Below are positions 35,342 through 44,227 of a stretch of DNA of 51,324 nt, in pieces (within the stretch, counting starts at the first letter, position 1; the number at the start of each line of letters is the position of its first letter). This DNA comes from Oligoflexales bacterium (GTDB taxonomy: Bacteria > Bdellovibrionota_B > Oligoflexia > Oligoflexales > Bog-1112). The DNA lies in the NCBI GenBank assembly GCA_045105515.1, contig JBGCDR010000176.1:1-51324 (forward strand), written 5' to 3'. A program made the translations under genes and the position numbers. The notes below the pieces were generated by a model. The model was not told where the DNA came from, did not search any database, and saw nothing but the letters and a program-made list of their open reading frames with translations.

Positions 35342-37981
35342 CTAAGCCAAGGCATTGCTGACGATCTCAGCTACATCGGAACTTAAATCTTCTTGGCTGC
35401 TAATACGATTTAACTCTTTGAGCATCATCTCTTGTCTTACAGGATCATACTTCCTCCAAGAGGTCAGGGATTTAACTAAAAGAGAAGCCATTTGCCTATT
35501 AATTTTATTTAGTTTCAAGACGTACTCACTACATGTTTTGTAGCCAGTACCACATTTGCTATGAAAGGCAATTGGATTATTAACACAGAAACTGAGTAAA
35601 ACTGAGCGCATACGATTAGGATTTTCAATCATAAAAGACGGATGATTAAGTAGCTTACTAAGTAATTCTTCAGGCTTTTCAGTTGGACAGCTAGCTTGAA
35701 GAGCAAACCACCGATTAATTACCAATTCTTCATGGGACCAAGCAGTATAAAAATCATTAAGAAAAATTTCTCTATCTTCAAAATTGCTGTTAATGATAAG
35801 AGCTAAAGCCGCATCCCGATCTGTCATATTATTGCTTGTATGGTACTGTTTTCGAATTAATTCTTGAATATGTTTTTCGTCTAATTTATGTAGGTAGTAG
35901 AGGGACAGATTCTTGAGTGAGCGAATTCCCATCTCCTCATTAGTCAAAGTGTAAGGTTTTTCGCTACTGAGACTCAAATAAGTTTTAAGCAGAATTTCCT
36001 TGTTTGCTTTTGCTAATTGCTCACAAACAAACTTTCGTACTTCGTGAATAGCCTCCACATCGATAATTTCCATATTTTGGCTTATCAGCTGCTCTGATGG
36101 TAGGGTTAGGGCATGTGCCTTAAAAGCATGGTCAAAAACACGATTTTCTACAATTGCATGAAAGGACTCACAAATACCCTCAGGCAGCTGAAGCTCTCCT
36201 CCCTGCTTATAGTCGGAAATTAGCTTGAGAATCATCTGCATGTATAGGCTTTGTCCTGCATCCCAAACATTAAAGGGATCTGTATCGCTAGCCATGAGCC
36301 TTAATAACCGCTCTGGACTTAAAAATGGTTCTACTTTAACAGGGGCACTAAAATCTCGAAATAAACTTGGTGTCGGCCGATCAGGAATATTTTTAAAACA
36401 TAAACTCTGCTGCTCTTTGTTTAAGGTAAAAATCCTATCTTTTTTACCCTGTTCATTTTCGTCCATCAAAGTTAAAGCTAATTCGTTACCATCATGATCT
36501 AAAAGCCCCATTCTAAGGGGAATTTGTTTAGGGTAACTTTCCTTTTGGACTCCGTTTGGAAGGGTTTGCTGAGAAATATTAAGAGTATATGTCTGATTTT
36601 TAGCATCGAAATATTCTTCAATATGAATATGGGGAGTCCCCGCCTGCGTATACCAGAGAATAAATCGGTCTAAGTTAATACCACTCGCATCAGCCATGGC
36701 CTGCACAAAGTCCTCTTGACGTACAGCCTTTCCATCAAACCTTTCAAAATAAAGATCCATACCCCTGCGAAAACTTTCTTCGCCAATAAGGGTACTAAGC
36801 ATACGAACAACTTCCGCCCCCTTATTATAGACTGTTGCGGTATAAAAATTATTGATCTCACGGTATCTATCAGGCCTAGGAGGATGCGACAATGGGCTTT
36901 CATCTTCAGGCCACTGAAACCTGCGAAGCTGTTGGACATCTTCAATCCTTTTAACTGCTGATGAGTAAATCGATCGTGAAAATTCCTGATCTCGGAAAAC
37001 CGTCAATCCCTCTTTCAAACATAACTGAAACCAATCCCTGCAAGTGACCCTATTTCCAGTCCAGTTATGAAAATACTCATGACCTATCACCGACATTATA
37101 TCTTGATAATTAGTGTCACGAGCAATTTCTGGATTAGCCAATACCAAAGAATTATTGAAAATATTCAGTCCCTTGTTTTCCATAGCTCCTAGGTTAAAAT
37201 CACTAATAGCAACAACCTTATATTCATCCAAGTCACATTCAAGGCCAAAAACTTCTTCATCCCAAGCCATTGATTTTTTGAGGCAATCCATGGCATAAGC
37301 ACACTTATTAATATCTGTGCTTGCCGCGTAAATCGCTAATTCGACCTGCCTTCCAGATTTAGTCACAAACTTATCATTGATAAAGTCTAACTGACCAGCT
37401 ACGAGAGCAAATAGGTAACTAGGTTTAGGAAACGGGTCATCCCAGATAGCAAAATGCCGGTTTTCATCCAAATCCCCTCGATCAATACAATGTCCGTTTG
37501 ATAGCAAGACTGGATAACTTTTTTTGTCCGCTTCAATCCTAACCCGATAAGTCGCCATTACATCCGGCCTATCGAGAGAATAGGTGATCTTCCGAAAGCC
37601 TTCTGCCTCGCATTGGCTGCACATTATGCCTTTAGACTGATAAAGGCCTTCTAAAGAAAGGTTAGATTTTGGACTAATCCGGACTTTAGTGCCAAGAACG
37701 AACTCTTCCGGTAGTTGTTCTATCCGAAGGCTATAATTTTCCAGGATAAAATCACTCTTAGTTAAGAGTTTTCCGTCAATGCTGAGCTGTTCCAGCTCCA
37801 GATCAACTCCATTTAGCACTAGGGGGAGCTTCGAGTTTGGGTCTCTTTTTTCCATTTGGAGCTGCGAATCGACACTGGTTTTTTCTTCTCCTAGGCAGAC
37901 ATTAAGGTCTATATGCTTAACAATATAGGCTGTTTCCTTATAGTCATTGAGATAAATCAGCTCACTCTTTTCAGACGTCAT
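35342..37981 (-). CDS. pepN: Aminopeptidase N (M1 family)
   Basis: QCEAEGFRKITY, GAMENKGLNIFN, HEYFHNWTGNRVTCRDWFQLCLKEG and YNKGAEV motifs. Confidence 0.97.
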   Translation of the reverse strand: MTSEKSELIYLNDYKETAYIVKHIDLNVCLGEEKTSVDSQLQMEKRDPNSKLPLVLNGVDLELEQLSIDGKLLTKSDFILENYSLRIEQLPEEFVLGTKVRISPKSNLSLEGLYQSKGIMCSQCEAEGFRKITYSLDRPDVMATYRVRIEADKKSYPVLLSNGHCIDRGDLDENRHFAIWDDPFPKPSYLFALVAGQLDFINDKFVTKSGRQVELAIYAASTDINKCAYAMDCLKKSMAWDEEVFGLECDLDEYKVVAISDFNLGAMENKGLNIFNNSLVLANPEIARDTNYQDIMSVIGHEYFHNWTGNRVTCRDWFQLCLKEGLTVFRDQEFSRSIYSSAVKRIEDVQQLRRFQWPEDESPLSHPPRPDRYREINNFYTATVYNKGAEVVRMLSTLIGEESFRRGMDLYFERFDGKAVRQEDFVQAMADASGINLDRFILWYTQAGTPHIHIEEYFDAKNQTYTLNISQQTLPNGVQKESYPKQIPLRMGLLDHDGNELALTLMDENEQGKKDRIFTLNKEQQSLCFKNIPDRPTPSLFRDFSAPVKVEPFLSPERLLRLMASDTDPFNVWDAGQSLYMQMILKLISDYKQGGELQLPEGICESFHAIVENRVFDHAFKAHALTLPSEQLISQNMEIIDVEAIHEVRKFVCEQLAKANKEILLKTYLSLSSEKPYTLTNEEMGIRSLKNLSLYYLHKLDEKHIQELIRKQYHTSNNMTDRDAALALIINSNFEDREIFLNDFYTAWSHEELVINRWFALQASCPTEKPEELLSKLLNHPSFMIENPNRMRSVLLSFCVNNPIAFHSKCGTGYKTCSEYVLKLNKINRQMASLLVKSLTSWRKYDPVRQEMMLKELNRISSQEDLSSDVAEIVSNALA

Positions 37982-38113
37982 AATCATTCCTTATGTTTGG
38001 TCCAGAAAAAACCTAAAATGAACCTTGCTGTTTTCATTTAATGTTGTTAAGGACTGCAAAATTATAGTCTTTTTTCTAAGACCACCCTAGCGTTAATTTT
38101 GAACGGGGATAAA

Positions 38114-39001
38114 ATGATACGAAGAACCCTATATGGAAGCAACAATCACTTTCGTCTTTTAATTACCGTTCCGCATGGATCTATTGGCGAAGCCTTTTTT
38201 GCACGCTACCCTCACTTTTGGCAAAGCTTTGCTGAGCCGGGCGAGATAGAGGCATTCTACAGGTATTTAAGAATTGAGCAAGATTTTGGATCCAGAGAAC
38301 TAGCGCACCGCTTAGCCTTCTGGGTCAATACCTTAATGCCCCAACTCGGAGTTCTAATTCTGGAAAAGGACTATCCTCGTGGAATTCTCGATGGCGGTAG
38401 ACAATTGAGCCATTGCCTGCGTTCCATGGTCCCTCCAGCACTCATGCAAAGCTTGGAGTTAGACTTGCTACAGGTCCACACTTCCACCTTGGAAGTAGTA
38501 AGACAGGAGATAGTAGCGCTAAATCAGCGAAATGGTGTTTTGGTTGACCTCCATACCATGGCACCTTATTGTCCCCACTTCATGCAAGGTGAGAAAAATT
38601 TACCAGATCACTACGATAGCCTTACTGATTACCTAAATCACTTTCTTGATCCAAACTTTCACCATCCTGACTTCAAAAGAGATATTGACCTCATCACTGA
38701 AGATGGGAGTGGCAATATAATTGCCGACCAACAACTAACTTTAGCTTTTTCTTCAACTCTCTCCGCCCACTTCCCCATTGCATTCAACAATCCCTATGCC
38801 GCCCTCCCTCACTTTATGATGCATGAGTACCTATGCAGTAGTAGAGGAATAGCAATCGATGTGCCCAAAGACCTCATCAGTTATCAACAGGCACCTAATT
38901 TTAACCTAGAACGCTTTGACTTGTGCATGCAAAAGCTTGACAGACTTGCTAGCTTAATGGCTGAATCAATACAGGCTTTTTTCACTAAGGAAAATTGCTA
39001 A
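38114..39001 (+). CDS. N-formylglutamate amidohydrolase-like (Zn-carboxypeptidase fold) protein
   Basis: ITVPHG, EQDFGS, RGILDGGR, VDLHT and NNPY motifs follow the FGase pattern. Confidence 0.55.
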   Translation: MIRRTLYGSNNHFRLLITVPHGSIGEAFFARYPHFWQSFAEPGEIEAFYRYLRIEQDFGSRELAHRLAFWVNTLMPQLGVLILEKDYPRGILDGGRQLSHCLRSMVPPALMQSLELDLLQVHTSTLEVVRQEIVALNQRNGVLVDLHTMAPYCPHFMQGEKNLPDHYDSLTDYLNHFLDPNFHHPDFKRDIDLITEDGSGNIIADQQLTLAFSSTLSAHFPIAFNNPYAALPHFMMHEYLCSSRGIAIDVPKDLISYQQAPNFNLERFDLCMQKLDRLASLMAESIQAFFTKENC

Positions 39002-39017
39002 CGATCCTTGAGACTAC

Positions 39018-39035
39018 AAGGAACCATTTTTGCTT
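39018..39035 (+). promoter_or_regulatory. Possible sigma54 promoter of the YccA-family gene
   Basis: AGGAAC-N5-TTGCT with exact GG-N10-GC spacing. Confidence 0.4.
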
Positions 39036-39098
39036 ATCGTCTCTTAATCATATTTCAGGTATTTTATTAGTATTAACTCAAAGGAGGAACGAACCCAA

Positions 39099-39884
39099 AT
39101 GAGAACTTCTAACCCAGCATTAAGAACCGATACCTTCGTGGATGCCGCTAGAGGGGTTTTGAGAGGCAACTCGAGCGATGTAATGTCCATTGATGGTGCT
39201 ATTAACAAAACAGGAATCTTAGCTTTTATTCTTGTATGTTCTGCAGCTTTTGTCTGGTCTCTGGCCTATAAGACCACTGGATATGATGGAACACCAGCCA
39301 TATTACAAAACCCTGGGATGATTTATCCATGGATGATTGGAGGGGCTATCGGTGGGTTGGTATTAGCTATTGCTACCAGCTTCAAACCAGTTTGGGCACC
39401 CTACACTGCACCCGGTTACGCTGTAGTCGAGGGTTTTTTTATTGGTGGAATTTCCGCATTGATGGAGCTTCGCTTTCCTGGGATTGTCATGCAGGCAAGC
39501 TTCCTAACAATGGGCACTCTTGTATGCATGGTCATGGCTTATAAAGCTGGTCTCATAAGAGCAACGGAAAAGTTTCGCTCATGTGTTGTCATGGCCACTG
39601 GTGGAATCTTTTTCCTATACCTCATGTCGTTTGTCCTTTCTTTTTTCGGGGTACAAATGAATTTTATGCACGACAGCTCACCTTTAAGCATAGGGATTAG
39701 CCTAGTGGTGGTTGTGGTTGCAGCGCTTAACCTTATCTTAGACTTTGACTTAATCGAAACCGGAGCTCGCCAAGGTGCTCCTAAGTATATGGAATGGTAT
39801 AGTGGCTTTGCACTCTTGGTAACCTTGGTATGGCTTTACGTAGAATTTCTTCGCCTGCTTTCAAAAATAAATAGCAGAGACTAA
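39099..39884 (+). CDS. Bax inhibitor-1/YccA family membrane protein
   Basis: AAGGAGG RBS; MRTSNPAL, MSIDGAINKT, LNLILDFDLIE and GAPKYMEWY...LLVTLVWLYVEFLRLL motifs. Confidence 0.9.
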   Translation: MRTSNPALRTDTFVDAARGVLRGNSSDVMSIDGAINKTGILAFILVCSAAFVWSLAYKTTGYDGTPAILQNPGMIYPWMIGGAIGGLVLAIATSFKPVWAPYTAPGYAVVEGFFIGGISALMELRFPGIVMQASFLTMGTLVCMVMAYKAGLIRATEKFRSCVVMATGGIFFLYLMSFVLSFFGVQMNFMHDSSPLSIGISLVVVVVAALNLILDFDLIETGARQGAPKYMEWYSGFALLVTLVWLYVEFLRLLSKINSRD

Positions 39885-40071
39885 GAACTTGCATGGGCTC
39901 TCTTACCTTCCTAACTAAGCTCCTGAATTCACGACAGTTAATTGATTGCTGGAAAGACGATTGACATAGGAGTCAGGAAGGTGGTAGGTCTATCATGCTT
40001 AATGAGCCAAGATATTTTGAATCCTTGGGTGAAAACAACGAGTTTTTATCAACTTACTGGAACGAAACCTT

Positions 40072-40353
40072 ATGCCTAAAGTTACTATTACCACTGACGA
40101 TTTAACAATTGATGTGGCAGACAAGTACCCGATGATTGACATGTGTGAAGATCATGAAACCTCAATCCTTTTCGGTTGCCGCGATGGAGCATGCGGAGCA
40201 TGCATGATCCGAGTCAAAAAAGGGATGAATAATTTAAGCAAAATGGAAGACGATGAGCGTGACTTCCTCGAAACCATGGCAGCTGAGGAAGATGAACGTC
40301 TCGCCTGCCAATGCAAGGTCTTAGGAGACGTTATAGTAGAAGTCTCGGAATAG
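40072..40353 (+). CDS. 2Fe-2S ferredoxin
   Basis: GCRDGACGAC...RLACQC motif; acidic, 93 aa. Confidence 0.92.
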   Translation: MPKVTITTDDLTIDVADKYPMIDMCEDHETSILFGCRDGACGACMIRVKKGMNNLSKMEDDERDFLETMAAEEDERLACQCKVLGDVIVEVSE

Positions 40354-40366
40354 AGTACCTTTTACA

Positions 40367-41041
40367 ATGTCTAAACTAAGAGCAAAGCCAAGAAAACTCT
40401 CCGTAGTTGCAAAGCGCTCTCTTGTGGAAGAGGCAGTAGCTATCCTCAAGAAAAAAATGCCTGAGCCAAAATGCGAACTATACTTTGAAACCCCTTTCCA
40501 GCTCTTGGTTTCAGTTGTTCTTTCAGCTCAAACCACCGACAAAAGTGTCAACAAATGCATGAAGCCCATTTACAAGCAGGGCTTTAGCTACGACACTGTA
40601 ATCAATTGGGGTCAAGAAAAGCTATTATCCCATATCCGCACCATTGGCTTGGCTCCAACCAAGTCTAAAAACGTTTTAGCCCTTGCCAAAATCATCAAGG
40701 AACGACATTCAGGTGAAATACCGAATAATCGCCAAGATTTAGAAGACCTACCAGGCGTTGGCCGAAAAACGGCCAATGTAGTACTTGGAGAGTTGTTTGG
40801 TCAGCCTACCATTGCCGTAGATACTCATGTTTTTCGAGTTGGTTTCCGCCTGGGCCTGCATACTGAAAAAACTCCGATAAAAGCCGAACAAGAACTGTTG
40901 AAGATCATCCCTGAACACTATCTACCTGCGGCTCATCATTGGCTGATCTTACATGGACGTTATACTTGCAAAGCCATAAAACCTCTATGCGAACAGTGTG
41001 ACTTAGCAAGCTTGTGCCCTAGCCTTTCTAGCAAGCACTAG
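40367..41041 (+). CDS. nth: Endonuclease III
   Basis: LSAQTTD, LPGVGRKTANVV, AVDTHVFRV and FCL motif C-x6-C-x2-C-x5-C. Confidence 0.96.
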   Translation: MSKLRAKPRKLSVVAKRSLVEEAVAILKKKMPEPKCELYFETPFQLLVSVVLSAQTTDKSVNKCMKPIYKQGFSYDTVINWGQEKLLSHIRTIGLAPTKSKNVLALAKIIKERHSGEIPNNRQDLEDLPGVGRKTANVVLGELFGQPTIAVDTHVFRVGFRLGLHTEKTPIKAEQELLKIIPEHYLPAAHHWLILHGRYTCKAIKPLCEQCDLASLCPSLSSKH

Positions 41042-41112
41042 GCGCTTCCCACCTTGCACTCATCACTGACAGAAGGTAAACAGTTAGTGAATTTAGGGAG
41101 GTTTTTTCACAT

Positions 41113-42438
41113 ATGATTAAAAGAAACTTTCATGTTGCTGACTTAGGAGTGCCAAAGCATCCTAATCCGGTAGATATGGCACCATCCCGTTTTGTAGGCA
41201 AAGATAAGAAAATTGCTCACAACCCATACCTGTACCAGACTGCGGCCGACGGTGAATGGCAACTTCCGGACTTTACAGGATTTGAGCCTGCAGGCCCTCG
41301 GGAACATATTTATTTCAACCCCCAAGCCACCAAAGTCGCAATCGTAAGCTGCGGTGGTTTATGCCCGGGGATTAATGGGGTAATTAGAGCCTTAGTGATG
41401 CAACTATGGTACCGCTATGGAGTAAAGAATATTGTGGGTGCTCGCTTCGGCTACCAAGGTTTATCCGAGACACAGTCTCAGAGTTTATTGGAGCTACACC
41501 CAGACACCCTAGACCACATCCACGAAACAGGGGGGAGTTTTCTAGGCTCCTCTCGCGGAAGCCCGCCAACAGAGGAAATTCTCGAAACCCTCATCACAAA
41601 TAATATTCAGATTCTCTTTACCATTGGTGGTGATGGAACTATGCGAGGAGCTCATGCAATACATGATGCTGCTAAAAAACGCGATTACCCTCTTGCAGTA
41701 GTCGGGGTTCCTAAAACCATCGACAATGATATAGCCTATGTTCGACAGTCTTTTGGTTTTGAAACAGCTGTATCCATTGCATACCAAGCTCTGCAATCAG
41801 CCCACAATGAGGCTAAAGGTTATAAAAACGGCATTGGCCTTGTCAAACTCATGGGACGTCATTCTGGCTATATTGCCGCAACTGCTAGCCTCGCTGCAGG
41901 GCACGTTAATTTTTGTTTGGTTCCAGAAGTTCCCTTCTACCTTGAAGGAGATACTGGCCTTTTAAACCTTTTGGAAAAACGCCTCGATGAAAGAGAACAC
42001 GCTCTCGTAGTGGTTGCTGAGGGAGCTGGGCAACACTATTTTTCTAGCATGAAAGCTGAGCATGATGCTTCTGGAAACATTAAATTGGGAAATATCGGGC
42101 ACTACCTGAAAGAAAGGTTTAGCCAACACTTTTCAGGAACAGAAAAGCAGGTGACTATCAAATATATCGATCCCAGTTATCTGATTCGTTCGGCTCCTGC
42201 AAATCCAGCAGATCAGCTTTTCTGCACCAAATTAGCACAAAATGCTGTACATGCAGCGATGGCCGGTAAAACAGGTCTTATGATTGGTTATTGGCATGGT
42301 AGCATGACCCATGTCCCTCTAAGTGCAGTCAACGATTACAGGCAATCGATCAACCCTGGAGGACATTTGTGGTTTAATATTTTGGAGACTACAGGTCAAG
42401 CCATACACATTGGTAATCCAAAGGACTTTAATACTTAA
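41113..42438 (+). CDS. pfkA: ATP-dependent 6-phosphofructokinase (plant/trypanosome/Amycolatopsis-type PfkA clade)
   Basis: AGPREHIYF, CGGLCPGIN, GSSRG, GGDGT (Gly indicates ATP), PKTIDND, MGRHSG and KYIDPSY motifs. Confidence 0.92.
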   Translation: MIKRNFHVADLGVPKHPNPVDMAPSRFVGKDKKIAHNPYLYQTAADGEWQLPDFTGFEPAGPREHIYFNPQATKVAIVSCGGLCPGINGVIRALVMQLWYRYGVKNIVGARFGYQGLSETQSQSLLELHPDTLDHIHETGGSFLGSSRGSPPTEEILETLITNNIQILFTIGGDGTMRGAHAIHDAAKKRDYPLAVVGVPKTIDNDIAYVRQSFGFETAVSIAYQALQSAHNEAKGYKNGIGLVKLMGRHSGYIAATASLAAGHVNFCLVPEVPFYLEGDTGLLNLLEKRLDEREHALVVVAEGAGQHYFSSMKAEHDASGNIKLGNIGHYLKERFSQHFSGTEKQVTIKYIDPSYLIRSAPANPADQLFCTKLAQNAVHAAMAGKTGLMIGYWHGSMTHVPLSAVNDYRQSINPGGHLWFNILETTGQAIHIGNPKDFNT

Positions 42439-42490
42439 TACAAGCCCTCCTTAAGGATTTGATAAAAACCTCTTACTGAATACTTAGAAG

Positions 42491-43201
42491 TTAAATTGAA
42501 GCAGATGAGTATATTATCTCGTCAGCTTCAGCAGCACTTAACCTTCCCTCTACTATTTGAAAAAACTTTTTCCCTACTCTCTTTCTCTGAGCAGTTTGAT
42601 GACTTACCCATAGATATGCACGATCTTGTTTAGCTTCTAGAACCCAATCTCGTAATAATTTCTCAACTTTCAGAGTGCTTTTCTCATCAAGACTAGCCGT
42701 GGGTTCATCCAAAATCAAAATATGAGGGTTTAAACACATCCCTAAGACAAGATGTATCTTTTGTTTTTGCCCCCCCGATAGTTCATATGCTTTTCTGGTA
42801 AAAATATCATGTTCAAGGCCTATCATGTCCGCTAATTGCCTCGCATCCGACTGCAAACGATCATAAGAATTTCTGTAAATCTTGTACCTAAAGATGCGAT
42901 TAAATTCTTCGGCAATAGTATCATCACTAAATTGTGGAACTTGCTGCAAGTAGATTACCTTAGAACGATAAAAAAGAATTTCCTTACTTGTTACTTGCAT
43001 ATTTTGAAAATATACGTTTCCAGATTGAGGAGGGTAAAGCAAAGTCAAAGATTTCAAGAACAGCGATTTTCCTGAGCCTGAATCTCCGTAAATACAAACA
43101 AAATCACCTGCATCTATTTCTATATCCCAAGTTCCCTCAAATTTTAATTTTTTCTTAGGATTATGAGGAGTGAAACCCTGAGTGTATAGAAGATGAGGCA
43201 T
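42491..43201 (-). CDS. ABC transporter ATP-binding protein, FetA/YbbL-like
   Basis: GDSGSGKS, LSGGQ, LILDEPT and VSH motifs; paired with a FetB-like gene. Confidence 0.85.
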   Translation of the reverse strand: MPHLLYTQGFTPHNPKKKLKFEGTWDIEIDAGDFVCIYGDSGSGKSLFLKSLTLLYPPQSGNVYFQNMQVTSKEILFYRSKVIYLQQVPQFSDDTIAEEFNRIFRYKIYRNSYDRLQSDARQLADMIGLEHDIFTRKAYELSGGQKQKIHLVLGMCLNPHILILDEPTASLDEKSTLKVEKLLRDWVLEAKQDRAYLWVSHQTAQRKRVGKKFFQIVEGRLSAAEADEIIYSSASI

Positions 43202-43209
43202 ACTTGACC

Positions 43210-44046
43210 TTAATTTTTCTTTAGATGCATTGTTGAAAATTGATGCATCTGATTAAAGCAACGTCGATAACAGAAATATACAACCATCATGGTTCCAAAA
43301 AAACTTGCTCCAGTAATAAGAAAGAGTATGAACACTTGATATTTAGCAGCTTCATAAGGGTCCATCCCTGCAAGAATCTGCCCAGTCATCATCCCTGGCA
43401 AACTCACTAAGCCAGCAATCATCATCGCGTTAGTGACTGGGATAGTACCCATTTTTATTGCTTCCTTCACAGCTCCTCTTGCTGCTTCCCATTTATTCGC
43501 ACCAAAAGATAATGCTTGCTCGATTTTTTCTTTTTCTCTCAAGAAGTCTTGGGTCGCTGTATTAAGAGCCAACGATATTCCATTAAGAGAATTTCCAAGC
43601 AACATACCCAAAAAAGGTATTAGGTATTGGGCTTGATACCAAGGAGTAGGATTAAGAATCAATTGAGCAGGAAAAAGCACAAGTAACCAAGAGCTAATAC
43701 CAACTGCCACGACACTGTGCCAAAAAAGCCCTGCATAATGATATTTAGACCTTGAAGCGGCAGTATATGCAGCAATAAGGCTCATGCTTACCATCGTCAT
43801 AAGAGTTGGATAGGGGCTGTTAAGAGTAAATACCCACGAGAGAAAAACTCCCACAAGACCTAACTGCACCACACTCCGGATGGCAGAAATCAAGAGAGTT
43901 TTACCAATCTCAAGCTTAAGCAAAAAAGATAGTAGTGCATTTATAAAAATGAACATACTGGCTGCAGACAACTGGGCAATAGAGAGAGGAGGATTACTGG
44001 TCATACTTAGCCTTTTCTCGTTTGCTTCCATATCAGTCTTTACCAA
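43210..44046 (-). CDS. fetB: ABC transporter permease FetB/YbbM (UPF0014)
   Basis: RSVVQL, QYLIPFLGMLLGNS and GLVSLPGMMTGQILAG.DP..A..YQ motifs; true start may be ATG 44031 or 44004. Confidence 0.88.
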   Translation of the reverse strand: MVKTDMEANEKRLSMTSNPPLSIAQLSAASMFIFINALLSFLLKLEIGKTLLISAIRSVVQLGLVGVFLSWVFTLNSPYPTLMTMVSMSLIAAYTAASRSKYHYAGLFWHSVVAVGISSWLLVLFPAQLILNPTPWYQAQYLIPFLGMLLGNSLNGISLALNTATQDFLREKEKIEQALSFGANKWEAARGAVKEAIKMGTIPVTNAMMIAGLVSLPGMMTGQILAGMDPYEAAKYQVFILFLITGASFFGTMMVVYFCYRRCFNQMHQFSTMHLKKN

Positions 44047-44227
44047 AAGCTAATGATTTATTAAATAACTTTGTCTCATAAAACTAATTTATCGAAAGTG
44101 ACCATTCTATTTTTGGGAGTTAAATTGCTGGGTATTCCCGATCAGCATCTTTTTTTGATAGGAGTAATATGACTCCACCTCTGAAATCGATACCTTTGGC
44201 GAGACTTTTAGAGATATTAGCTGAACT

